A stretch of DNA of 64,000 nt from Selaginella moellendorffii (Eukaryota > Plantae > Lycopodiophyta): the NCBI RefSeq assembly GCF_000143415.4, contig NW_003314262.1, forward strand, positions 1,663,960-1,727,959. Direction: 5' to 3'. The notes beneath the pieces were generated by a model. It was not told the DNA's origin, did no database searches, and saw only the letters and a list, made by a program, of their open reading frames with translations. Made by a program: the position numbers and the translations under genes. Below are positions 49,394 to 62,460 of the stretch, piece after piece. Within the stretch, counting starts at the first letter, position 1; each line of letters starts with the position of its first letter.

Positions 49394-52300
49394 TGTAAGT
49401 GACTAATTTTTCCATTCTACTTTAGTCACTTAACCACACCTCCGACCACTTGGAGGAGTCTCATTCACAACCTCCATAAGCCCAACTCAGGACTTGGGGC
49501 TTGCTTGCCCCGAGAATGGCATCCATGCCACTCAACCTTAGCACTTGGTCCAAGTGCTCCACGTGTCCGATCCCATGATCGACACCCCAAGGTATCACCG
49601 ACGTACCGGCCCGTTACGCTAAGGCCATGCCCATTTACCTTGGTCACACTGGTGGTCCAACACCACTTGCATCACCGTCTTGGCCCTCCAAGACTAGGCA
49701 AACCATCCGTGAGTGGTCATCTCAGATCCACTCCTTAGCATCCTTAGGATGCCCACCGACAAGGGGAATAGCCTTCCCCAATATCCCTCTGTCAGTCCCC
49801 ACTAAGTCCCTTTCTGCCCCTGGCCGTGTTTGCCAACACTGCCACTGGATCGAGACCCACAGGCCCGACCACTAAGTCCCACAGTCCTCTGGGACTTCCT
49901 CACCACACGACTGTGTCCTTGGTCACTACCCCAGAGGACTGCTCCTCTTCCTTTCCACAGTCTGGGCCTTTGGGACGACATTTCGGAACACCGTGGCCTT
50001 ACGCGAGCCACCTGGGTACTCTCCTCGCCTTCTGCCCTTGGGTGCTCTAGCCATGGGCTTAGAGCGGGTTCCGTTGAGCCACACCAGGTATCCAAGTAGG
50101 TAGTGCCACCCACACTTGGACTGGGAGCATCGGCCAGTCGATCTCCCGGGGGAACTAGAGCCGGCTCTTGAACACTTCACCAAGCTACCCCGCTTGTCGG
50201 TCTGTGTTCACTCTAGTCTTGGACTTCCCAGTGGGCAGCTCATCACCCAACACTGGGTCTGGCCTTCCTGGGCCAAACTGGCCTTTCCTGGCCAAACTGG
50301 CTCCACTGCAGTCCTCCCCCTACTATACTTTTGGAGCTCACCAAACCCCCCAGGGTCTGGGAGACGAACGCTTTGGGCTTTCACCCTCTCAGGCTCCGGA
50401 CTCGGACTCGGACTCGGACTCGGACTCGGACTCGGACTCGGATTCAGACTCGGACTCGGTCTCGGCCTCGGTCTCGGTCTCGGCCTCGGCCTCGGTCTCG
50501 GCCTCAGTCTCGGTCTCGGTCCCGGTCTCGGTCTCGGTCTCGGTCCCGGTCTCGGTCCCGGTCTCGGTCTCGACTTCGGACTCCATCTCGGACTCCATCT
50601 CGGACTCCATCTCGGACTCCATCTCGGGTCCATCTCGGACTCCATCTCGGACTCCATTTCGGGTCCATCTCGGGTCCACCTCGGACTCCATCTCGGACTC
50701 CATCTCGGACTCCATCTCGGGTCCATCTCGGACTCCACCTCGGACTCCAACTCGGGTCCATCTCGGGTCCACCTCAGACTCCACTTCGGACTCCATCTCG
50801 GGTCCATCTCGGGTCCACCTCGGACTCCACTTCGGACTCCATCTCGGACTCCATCTCGGGTCCATCTCGGACTCCACTTCGGACTTCAACTCGGGTCCAT
50901 CTCGGACTCCACTTCGGACTCCAACTCGGGTCCATCTCGGACTCCACTTCGGACTCCAACTCGAGTCCATCTCGGACACTCCCCCGTGTCATGTGTTGGT
51001 CCTTTTGGGTCCCTTTCTGGAGCCTCGCTTTTTGCTCGCTTCGTGCTCGTTCCTCGAGCCCTTCTTTGGGAGTTCCACTCCCGCTCTTGACTTTTCAAGT
51101 CGGAGCTTTTGGTCCAAACGTGTTACGCTCGTTTGGCTCTCGCTTCAGCCACTACCACGTGGCACCCTTTCCGGCTCCACTTTGGGGCCTAGGGATTTTG
51201 TGTCTCACAACTCCACCACCCATAGACTAAGTTCGATGTCCTCATCGAACGGTAAACCCTTTCATAAAGTAACACCCACACGTGTTACCTTTTCCATCCT
51301 TGGCACCTAGCCAATCTTTGTCTATGGTTTGACACCAAAGGCTCACCATGCCTTGTCCATCCTTTAAGGAGCGTAGTCTCTCCAACTTAGAGACTGATTG
51401 GACCACATGTAATGGTTCTCTCCTTTTATTGGTTTAGTTCTCGCTAAACCTCTTAGAGACCCTTCTCTAAGTCAATCCCACTACTCCTTCTCGAGTAGTC
51501 TTAATTTCCATCGATATAACCTCTGCACTTTGGAACTTTGAATTTTGACTCCTTGGAGTCAATTTCCTAGGTGTCTCTGACACCTTGCTTTGCACCTTTT
51601 GTGCAACTCCACTTCCCATCCTAGGAAGTTCTCTACTCGAGGGCACCATCATCCTCTCTTCTATTTCGTGCCAAAGTTCCAGTTATCATACTTTGTGCTA
51701 GGGCTGTTCATGGCCCTATCATTTGGCTACCTTACCGCTCCCTCCCTTGGAGCTTCCACTTTCGCCAAATCGGAGCAATTCGGAATCCATCCTTGGAAAC
51801 ACACTTCCTTTCCCGCAATTTGTTAGCGTCCAACACATTAGTGTTCCTCGCCTAACTTTGTCACTTGGATTCCTTCCCAGGGATTCCACGGCCCTATCTT
51901 GGCCACTCATCTTTTGCTCCTATCCGTTGATTGTTGCACCGAGCAACATCGAATCTCTACCTCCCTCCTTGAGGTATTCTTTTGATTCCTTAGCAAAGGC
52001 TCTGCTTTGCCAAGACTAGGGTGTTCACCCCTAGTAAGTCTCTTTTAGCATCTTCTGCTGTGGGCTCTATCCTCGGCCCAACTTTGTGACCCTCTCATGG
52101 GTCTCTTTAGAGACTACTTTCCTTGGACACACTATGCCATCGCGATGACATAGCTCATTTCCCTAAGGTGCTTTTCCCACTTGGTCACCTTGACCAAGCC
52201 ACACCATCATCAATAGTTCAAATCAACACTTTGAACTAGGAACCTTATTCCTTAACCCAAACAAGGACCTTGTCCTTATTTAGCCACAAGATCACCTAGT

Positions 52301-55300
52301 GATCTCACCTCGGCACCTTAACAGGTTTGCCAATAGGTACTAGGTCTTCCAGACCTTTAACTTGTTAACTACGACCCCGGGGGCATCCCCCACACTTGGC
52401 GGTGCGCCCAAGCCAGCCCTTCCGGCCAAGCGTCCATAGCAACTGAGATTAGGTGTCCCCATCTCACTCACCACGTCCTTGGTGCCACTTGCACCAAAGC
52501 GTTCAAGTTAGATATGCCGAGCTTTCACACTAAGCAATCTAACCGTGCATCACGACTCCGAGGCATCCCTCGCTTGGCGGTGTGCCCAAACCAGTCTCCC
52601 CACTGAGAGTCCATGACCACCGAAATATGAGTGTCCTCATATTCCAAACCATCACCACGCCCTAGTGATTTGGGACTCAAACCCAAGCACTAGAGGGTTG
52701 GGACTCGAACCCAACCTCCGTATATGCATCTACGGACGGCATCACACAAGATGCCTGGCGTGACTCCCCACGCCGGTGCACCAACTTATTTTTAAAGCGC
52801 GCTACAGATCACAGCTTAGGAACCTAGTTCCTCCACACTGCCAAGTCCTCTCACTTGACATGTCTGTGATCATGCATGGACTCCTCCATGCTCGGCCCCA
52901 TGGCCCACTCTTTTTGAAGTTATCACTTTCAACTAGGGTCTTTGTTCCCCCGACGTGCCAATCTCACTTGGCAAGTCCTCCGACCATTGTAACATGGTTC
53001 CTACATAAGCGTGAAAGTCCTTGACCATCGACTTTCGTTCAAAGCCCTCTCTTTGAACACTCGGGAACTACTTCCCTAACCTTGATAACCTTGCCTCATG
53101 GCAAGCTTCAAGACCACGCTTCTGCTGCGCCACTCTGATTTTGCACGTTCCATGAACCATTTACACTTGGCCTTTCTAGGTACTACGCTACCTAGAATTG
53201 TCTTTGGGAACCTTGAAGGAACTCTGTCCCTCAGCTTTTCTAAGGCCTCCCCTTTCGCAAGCTTTATAGTTGCCATATAGTCTAACATGGACAATTCCAT
53301 ATTTTAGACTCTCCATGGCATCACGGTTGCTAGCGGCAACACCCTCGAGCCCCCACTTGATTCTCCACTCCCAGCTGGCATAACCAACCTTGGTTATGCC
53401 CTTTGATTCCTACGGTTCGGTTCTATCCCCTTACTTCTTGCTTTTTGGCTTCACACCTTTCCTTTGGTCATTCTCCTCCAGACCAGGAGGATAGCTTTGC
53501 ACCTTCTATCATGCTTTAGCAAGTATTCTTAGGGATGAACCTACCCAATAGCCTAGGGAGTGGTTCCTCAATCCGGGTATGCTCACCTTATAATCCTACA
53601 CACTGGGATTACATTGTTGCTTATGGGCCTTTACATGCCCATCACTAGCCTTGCCAAAATTCCATTTTTGGCTTTGTCCAACTCGGGTAGACAGTCCTCT
53701 CCTGTCTCCGCAACCTTGGACATTTGGATAGCACCTTCTATCCATCATTCGCTAGGGACTTAGTCCCTTGGGCTTTATCCATTGCCCTCGCGACATCAAA
53801 CACCACCTTCTGGTGTTCTAGAGTGTTCGGGTGTCCCAATGATGGCTTTCTTGACAATGAGTATTTCCTTTTATGACATTGACTTACTATATCGCAACAC
53901 AAGCAACTTATCCCCCGTAAGGGTATATCCAACTTCCCTATGCTATTAAGAAGTCTTGGGTAGCTACCTTTTACCTGTTTAACCAGTTATTTTGCACCTC
54001 TTGCTTAGTTGCCTCATAGTTGTCAAGTCCTACAACTCATTGCTTGGTGCTTTCGCACCTCCATCATTATCTGGGTCACCACACTCCAACTGCATGCTCT
54101 GCAGCTTAGGCTATGCTATTTCCATTTCCATTGGGATTCCTTTGGCAAAGGGTTCTCATGAACCCACTAACATAGCCTCAAGGTATCACACCTTGGCACA
54201 TTTGGTGTCTCCACACCATCGGCTCCACAAGCCTACCTCTATGATATTTCCCCTTCGTGTCTAAGTCTTTGCTAAGACCAACACCGCTCTTTCTCATGCC
54301 AACCATCCGTTAGCACTGCACCATAAAGGTCACACACAACTTTATGTCAAAGTTGTTTTCTTCTGGGAACACCTTTCCCATAACTTTAGCATGGCATATT
54401 TTGCCATCGATGAGATACCCTCTGTTCTCATCCTTGGATCCTATGATCCCCCCCCATCCTTTGTGGGGTACAACACACCTCAGTCCAAATGCTTCCATCA
54501 GTCCTTTTAGGACCATCTGTTGACTCTACTTGAGTCATCCAGCAGTTTTGGACTTGGTTAATCCACAGACCCGTAAGGTCCTACTTGTGAGGCACTAGCT
54601 CACTGGAATACACTTCTTGCATTCTTGTCTTACTCAAAAGGACTATTTTCACAAGTGTTACTCCGACACTTGATTTTGTTCTCTGGGGGCAACCTTTGCC
54701 CCTTAGGACTACTTGTCCATGTGATGAGAACACCAACTCATCCACTTAATACACCCCCAACTCTTGGGGTTGTTCCAGCATTTATTAGAGGTAGCCCCGG
54801 CTACCTTTTCAAGGACTTGAGTCCTCTTCCGTATTTGACCTCCCACGGTCATTACTTCTGGTCTCACATTCATGAGCACCAACCTCAACTATATGAAGAA
54901 AATCTTATGACTCCTTTATTGCTTTGGAGTCTTTATCTTTCCCGTGATCCCAATTGTAGTTGTTTACCACAACTACATTAGCCAGTTTGCTAAGTCAAAC
55001 GCTCATCTGGATCACATCCTCAACTCTTTGAGGAAAACCATATATTGTTCCCAAGATCCCAAAGTCGTTCCATTATTGGCCCTTTTCTATCCACCACCTC
55101 GTCTACAAGTTCACACATGAACTGTAATGGAGAGCCATGTCTTCCCGACTTGCTACTCCTCAAGGATAGGCCCACTCCTCGGACCTTCCGATGCCAACAC
55201 TAGTGGTGATATACTTGAGCACCAATAAAAGTCAGACTAAGGAACAGCTCCGATACCAAGTTGTAAGCGACTAATTTTTCCATTCTACTTTAGTCACTTA

Positions 55301-56975
55301 ACCACACCTCCGACCACTTGGAGGAGTCTCATTCACAACCTCCATAAGCCCAACTCAGGACTTGGGGCTTGCTAGCCCCGAGAATGGCATCCATGCCACT
55401 CAACCTTAGCACTTGGTCCAAGTGCTCCACGTGTCCGATCCCATGATCGACACCCCAAGGTACCACCGACATATCGGCCCGTTACGCTAAGGCCATGCCC
55501 ATTTACCTCGGTCACACTGGTGGTCCAACACCACCTACATTCCAATCCCGTCTCTCAAAGACTGGGTCATCCATCCATGAGTGATCATCCCAGATCCACT
55601 CCTTAACATCCTTAGGATGCCTACAGACATGGGGAATAGCCTTCCCAATATCTCTGTTCCGGTCCCCACCAAGTCCCTTTCTGTCCTTGGCTGTGTTCGC
55701 CAACACTGCCACTGGATCGAGGCCCACCGGCCCGACCACTAAGTCCCACTATCCTCTAGGACTTCCTTACTGTGTGACTGTGTCCTTGGTCACTACCCCA
55801 GAGGACTGCTCCTCTTCCTTTCCACAGTCTGGGCCTTTGGGACAACATTTCGGAACACCGTGGCCTTACGCGAGCCACCTGGGTACTCTCCTCGCCTTCT
55901 GCCCTTGGGTGCTCTAGCCATGGGCTTAGAGCGGGTTCCGTTGAGCCACACCAGGTATCCAAGTAGGTAGTGCCACCCACACTTGGACTGGGAGCATCGG
56001 CCAGTCGATCTCCCGGGGGAACTAGAGCCGGCTCTTGAACACTTCACCAAGCTACCCCGCTTGTCGGTCCGTGTTCACTCTAGTCTTGGGCTTCCCAGTG
56101 GACAGCTCATCACCCAACACTGGGTCCGGCCTTCCTGGGCCAAACTGGCCTTTCCTGGCCAAACTGGCTCCACTGCAGTCCTCCCCCTACTATACTTTTG
56201 GAGCTCACCAAACCCCCCAGGGTCTGGGAGACGAACGCTTTGGGCTTTCACCCTCTCAGGCTCCGGACTCGGACTCGGACTCGGACTCGGACTCGGATTC
56301 GGACTCGGACTCGGCCTCGGCCTCGGTCTCGGCCTCGGCCTCGGTCTCGGTCTCGGTCCCGATCTCGGTCTCGGTCTCGGTCCCGGTCTCGGTCCCAGTC
56401 TCGGTCTCGACTTCGGACTCCATCTCGGACTCCATCTCGGACTCCATCTCGGGTCCATCTCGGGTCCATCTCGGACTCCATCTTGGACTCCATCTCGGGT
56501 CCATCTCGGACTCCATTTCGGGTCCACCTCGGACTCCATCTCAGACTCCATCTTGGACTCCATCTCGGGTCCATCTCGGACTCCACTTCGGACTCCAACT
56601 CGGGTCTATCTCGGGTCCACCTCGGACTCCACTTCGGACTCCATCTCGGACTCCATCTCGGGTCCATCTCGGACTCCACTTCGGACTCCAACTCGGGTCC
56701 ATCTCGGACTCCACTTCAGACTCCAACTCGGGTCCATCTCGGACACTCCCACGTGTCATGTGTTGGTCCTTTTGGGTCCCTTTTTGGAGCCTCGCCTTTT
56801 GCTCGCTTCGTGCTCGTTCCTCGAGCACTTCGTTGGGAGTTCCACTCCTACTCTTGACTTTTCAAGTCGGAGCTTTTGGTCCAAACGTGTTACGCTCGTT
56901 TGGCTCTCGCTTCGGTCACTACCATGTGGCGCCCTTCTGGCTCCACTTTGGGGCCTAGGGATTTTGTGTCTCACA
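49394..56975 (-). mobile_element. Complete family A non-autonomous (LARD-like) LTR element: 5' LTR 55262-56975, 3' LTR 49394-51209, ~4.05-kb non-coding interior
   Basis: TG...CA termini. Perfect TSD CATGG (49389-49393 / 56976-56980). Minus-strand PBS tggtatcggagc (~55247-55258) and PPT gggtggtggagt (51210-51221). Confidence 0.95.
50395..50977. repeat. Hexamer/dodecamer arrays (CTCGGA, CTCGGT, CTCCATCTCGGA) inside family A LTRs; related GAGTCC/GAGACC arrays in family C LTRs
   Basis: Also at ~44680-44980, 45300-45640, 47120-47490, 56262-56745, and in family C at 39655-39940, 57415-57685, 63790-64000. Confidence 0.95.
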
Positions 56976-59744
56976 CATGGATGCCCAATATGTATGAGAG
57001 TTCATGCTATTTGCTCTTATACCACATGTAGTGCACTTTATCTCTCTCCCCTTAAACTAATTAGAAAAGGGGCAATTGCTTGATGTGAGAGCCCTTAGTA
57101 ACTATTTTATCCCTATTTATCCCCCAAGGTTCTAAGGATCCACGGTGACAATATATCAAAATCTCATCCCATGATCACATGCATTACTGTAATTGAGAGG
57201 TAAGGGAAGTTCCTGAGACAAAGAACCAACATCCTACATATGAAGACAATGAGGAGTTAGGGGAGGAAAATGAAAATTAGCTGGAACAGAAAGGGGAATA
57301 TTATACAACTGAATTGACTACGAAATAAGTGTAAGGAACTAACTCGCCGAGGTGTTGTAGGCTAAAAGAGCCCCGAAAGCATAACCAAAATGATAAAGAG
57401 TTCATCGGATGGGACCAAGTCTAAGATCGAGTCCGAGACCGACTCGGAGACCGAGTTCGAGATAGAGTCCAGAATCGAGTCCGAGACCGACTCGGAGACC
57501 GAGTTCGAGACCGAGTTCGAGACAGAGTCCGAGATCCGAAATCAGGTCCGAGACCGAGTCCGAGGTCGAGTCCGAGGTCAGGTCCGAGATCGGGTCTAAG
57601 ATCAAGTCCAAGATCGAGTTCGAGACCAAATCCGAAGTCGGATCCGAGATCAAGTCCGAGATCGAGCCAGAGACTAAGTCCGAGTACTAATACGGGTCAA
57701 GGGGTGAAAGCCCAAAGTGTGCATCTCCCGGGGGGGGGGGGGGGATGTAGGGGGTTCCAAAAGTATAGTAGGGATAGTGAGGTCTAGGAACTAGTTTTGA
57801 AGGAAATCTCTAGTGGGGCTACCAAACTGACTTGAGGTTGGGATTGGGACCAAGGGGCCTTGGGTGGGAGTGAGCATGGACTTGGTTGGTGCTGGAGGGG
57901 CCATCCAAGGAAGTGCTAAAGAGCAGCTCCCACTCCCGAAAGGGAAACCGATTGTAGTGCTCCCGGCTCATGTGGAGTGGTGCCCCACTTGAGTACCATG
58001 CGGCTCATTGGTCCTCGCCCTTCCTAGGGGCTTGGACCTTCCCTTCGGGATGGAAGTCGGGGGGTAGAGGTACCCATACCGAGCCGTTAGGCCACGGTGT
58101 TTCGCCCCGACATCCCGAAGCAAGTGTTGCACCCAAGGCTTGGGATTTAGAGGCCCTGGGTCCCATGATCAAGTCTTGTTGTACCAAATGGTGTTAGGAA
58201 CCTGGAGGCTTGGTGTGCTTGGCTGCTTGTGCCTACGGGGAGTGTAGCCAAACCTTAAATCCAATCTAACCCGGGGAGGGGGATTGGGAGAGATTTGGGA
58301 ATCCATAGATGGATGGCTAACACTCCGTTGCTCGTGCAGTGAGTAGCTGAAACCAAGTAGGACCAAGTAGGAGCTGGTACAATAGGCGAGAACCTTGGCA
58401 AAGGAACTTAGCACAAGCCAAGACAGTGTTGGTCAGATAGACGAGGTAAGCTGGCAAATTAGAAAGGAAAAATTTGTGGCTTACAATTTGGTATCAGAGC
58501 CTTTTCCTCAGTTCTAGCGAAGGATAGAGGCGGATTGCTGGGAGATGGCAAAGGTAGGGCGGAAGCGAACCAAGGCAGAGAAGGACCCTCCTCCAGAGCT
58601 AGAGCCTCTGGTTGAACAAGAGGCTATGGATGAGGAATCCTTGCATAAGGAGGACTCTAGTGAGGAAACTTCCAAACAGGAGTCCGGTGGCGAAGTTCGG
58701 TCGTCCAAGGCTCGATTGGACATGCTAGAAGGACAGTTGGCATAGACCAATGCCCTGTTGGAGACTCTCGTACGCAAGCTAAAGCGTGACGAGAAGCGGA
58801 AGAAAAAGAGAAAGACTGCGGATGCTAGTAGCGCAGAAGGTGCGGACCCTTCGGCAGGGACTGAGGCAGAACCAAACAAGGTCGAATAGACAGAAGTAGA
58901 ATCAGTCCCTCAGGTAGTTCCCAAGTACAAACCAAAGCCCCCACCGGTCTTCAAGGGAGTGAATGACTATAAGGTGGTGGAGGATTGGTTTTACAATATG
59001 GAGGACTACTTTCGAGCGTTGCGATTACCGAGTTCGGAGAAGGTCCCATGTGCAAAACCATACTTGGCAGATAATGCCAAGTCTTGGTGGAGAACGACAG
59101 AGGCCAACGAAGGATCGGTGGCCACTTGGGACATGATGAAGGCGAGGATCCGCGCAATATACGTTCCTCCGAATGCCACTCTGCATCTGAGAGATGAGCT
59201 GAGTAGGCTGAAGCAGATTGGAACCATCCAAGAATATGTGAATGGGTTCATGGCAAAGAGGATACTGGTCACAGACATGGGGGATATGAATACATTCCAT
59301 GCCTTCATATCAGGTTTGCAAACCTAGGCTCGCGGTGAAGTGATGCGGTGGAACCCAACCAACTACAAGGAAGCATTGGATGCGGCCATCAAGGTGCATT
59401 TCAATGATAACCTGCGAAAGGGGAACACGACGGGGTCGGGATCCACATTTAGCAAAGGGGCCAAACCAAGAGGAACGTATAGCAGGGGGAAATTCAAGAA
59501 GAGTTTATCTAAGAATGAGTCCTCGGGGTTTCGGAAAGGCAAATCCAGTGGCCAGCGAGCGAGTACGTGGGGGAGTCAAGTGAAAAGAGACAAACCCACG
59601 GATAAGAAGGTCAAGTCGTATAGCAGCGTGGGAAACAACGTATGCTACAACTGCGGTGAAGTGGGACACTTTTCGAGGGAATGTCCCTTCCCGAAGAAGG
59701 CCAGAGCCAATATGGCCATCAAGTCGGGTGAAGTCCAAACTGAG

Positions 59745-59801
59745 GTATGTGATCCAGTCCTTAACTCAAAGTTACTCATTACACGAACAACTTTGGTAAA
59801 G
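59745..59801 (+). other. Candidate 57-nt in-frame intron between the gag zinc knuckle and the protease
   Basis: gag|GTATGT...ggtaAAG|agt; AT-rich relative to its flanks and host-like in size. Confidence 0.5.
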
Positions 59802-62418
59802 AGTCGTTCGCGACATCTACTAGCCCTCAGAGGGAAGCTCGGAGGTAGCTTTGTTAAGATCCTTATTGACACGGGTGCTTCGGATAATTTTGTGGCTGCA
59901 GATATAGTCCGGCAAGCTAGACTAACGGTGCAGCGGTTAGGCGAACCAAGGACTATAGAGTTTGTTCAAGGTAGCCAAAGCACTGATGAGGTACTTCGAC
60001 AAGCGAGAGTTGAAGTAGGGACATGGAAAGTAGACATGGATTTCACTGTGTTGGACATGGCGGGATTTGACGTGATCTTCGGAATGGATTGGTTTAATCG
60101 GTTCGTGGTAGCCCTGCATGGACAAGGTAGGAACCTTGTGGTACTGGCGAATGCCCAAGGAAGAAGATCTAGGGTGGAGGCCCAGGATCTAAAGGTAGGG
60201 CAAAGCAAGGCCAAAGATTCCTACTTAAACCTGGTGTCCACGAGAGGACAACTCACTAAAGGAACTAAGGCAGCCTTTTTGTGCTTACTCTCGGTGAAGA
60301 GTGACAAAAAGACATGAACAAAAGAAGTACCTTTAGTGATCTAGTGGGTGTTGGACCAATTCCAGGATACCATGCCAGAGGAGCTACTGGCGGGGTTGCC
60401 CTTTGCATGACCGATAGAACATAAGATTGAGCTGGTCAAGGGTGCTGAGGCAATGGTTCATCCCCCCTATCGTTTGAACGAAAAAGAACTCAAGGAGCTT
60501 AAGTGCCAACTAGAGGAGTTGGTGGAGAAAGGGTATGTTAGGTTGAGCAAGTCGCCATAAAGGGTGCCAGTGTTATTTGTGCAAAAGAAAGATGGTTCTA
60601 TGCGCATGTGCATAGACTACTAGTTGCTCAACAAGTGTACAAAGAAAAACAAGTACCCTTTGTCAAGAATTGAGGACCTGTTCGATAGGTTGGGAAAGGC
60701 AAAATACTTCTCAAGGATTGACCTAAGGTCAGGATACTACCAGATCAGGGTAGCCGAGGAAGATGTCGAGAAGACAACCTATCGAACGAGGTATGGGAGC
60801 TTTGAGTTTCTGGTGATGCCCTTCGGGCTATGCAATGCGCCAGCAACATTTTCGGTGCTGATGAACCACATCTTTGTACCCTATCTGGATCACTTCGTAG
60901 TCGTTTATATCGATGACATCTTGATCTATAGCGAGACGCTAGAGGAGCATGCCGAACACTTGGCGAAAGTGTTTGAGAAACTAAGGGAACACAAACTGTA
61001 TGCTAAAGAGAGCAAATGTGACTTTGCTCAACAAGAGGTAAAGTTTCTTGGGCATGTGGTGGGCCAGGACGGGCTCAAGGTGGACCCAGAGAAGGTCCAA
61101 GCGATCCAAGAATGGGAGCGACCATCGAATGTACATGAGTTGAGGGCGTTCTTGGGGCTATGCAACTACTACCGAAAGTTTATTAGACACTATTCGAAAG
61201 TAGCCCTGCCCTTAACGGACCAAACAGAAAAAGAGAAGATGGTATGGACAGCAGAATGCGAGGCAGCATTCGTCCACCTCAAAGGAAAGTTGAGGAAGGC
61301 TCCCATGTTAGCATTACCAGACTTTGGTAAGGACTTTGAGGTAGAAACAGATGCTTCAGACTTTGCGTTAGGCGCAGTTTTGAAGCAAGACAACCATCCA
61401 GTAGCGTTCTTCTTGAAGAAGTTGGACAAGGCTCAATGGAAGTGGCATGCCCATGAGAAGGAATTGTTTGCGGTGGTCAAGGCGCTCAAGGAGTGGCGAC
61501 ACTACCTTGGGAGACACTTCAAGGTTTACGCAGACAATGTGGCAACGAAACACTTCTTGTCACAGCCCGACCTGAGAGGGAAACAAGGTCGGTGGGCCAA
61601 TGCCTTGGCCGAGTTTGATTGTGAAATTCTGTACAAGCCTGGGAAGAGCAACATCATGGCGGATGCGCTAAGTCGAAAAATGAGCTTGAGGTTGGCGATA
61701 TCCAGCGCAACAGCAACCTTCTGAGACGATGTGCGAACAGCATATGAGAACGATGGTCTAGCACAAGAAGTGTTGCTCAGGAATCTAGAGGCACGGGAAG
61801 CTCACCAGAGAGGTGAGCTGCCAACGGAAGAGAAAACGGGTTATGCGGAACGCAACGGACTCATCTATTACAAGCAAACGAGGGTGTATGTTCCAGAAGG
61901 GGAACTAAGGAAGGTAGCCTTAGAAGAGTGTCATGACGGACTTTTTGTGGGACACGGCAGAGTGCCCAAGACGATGGGCTTACTCAAGAGGAAGTACCAT
62001 TGGCTAGATATGGCTAAGGACGTCCAAGACTATGTAAAGACATGTCCAACATGTCAGCAGGTCAAAGCCGTGACTAAGGCTAGTGGGGGCTTGTTGCAAA
62101 GCATCCCAATTCCAGATCGTCCGTGGAAATGTCTTACGATGGACTTCATCATAGGACTTCCCCCAAGTGAGGGGTTTGATGCGATATTCATGGTGGTGGA
62201 CCGATTTTTGAAAATGGCACATTTCATACCCACTACAACGGAAGTGGATGCGGAAGGTGTGGCAAAGCTGTTCTTTGAACAAGTGCTTCCAGTGCGGGGA
62301 AGGCCGGAAGAGATCATCTCAGATCGAGATAAGATCTTCACTAGTAGGTTCTGGAGGACTCTCCTGGAACAGTATCGCACCAAGTTGAAATTCAGCACAA
62401 CCTATCACCCACAGACAG

Positions 62419-62460
62419 GTATGGGTATTAAATCAAGTTTGGTGGCACTAACACTTCTTG
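62419..62460 (+). other. 42-nt intron-like insert in the integrase core; acceptor apparently mutated
   Basis: Splits the conserved YHPQTD(G)QTER motif. Starts GTATGG, contains CACTAAC, ends ttcttg rather than ag. Confidence 0.65.

Noticed and set aside
50116-51310. Long ORFs of 200-380 aa (also 55983-57083, 44565-45834, 39605-40214) resembling SD-repeat adhesins or SR proteins
   Set aside because: They arise from stop-free hexamer arrays inside LTRs and are open in several frames on both strands.
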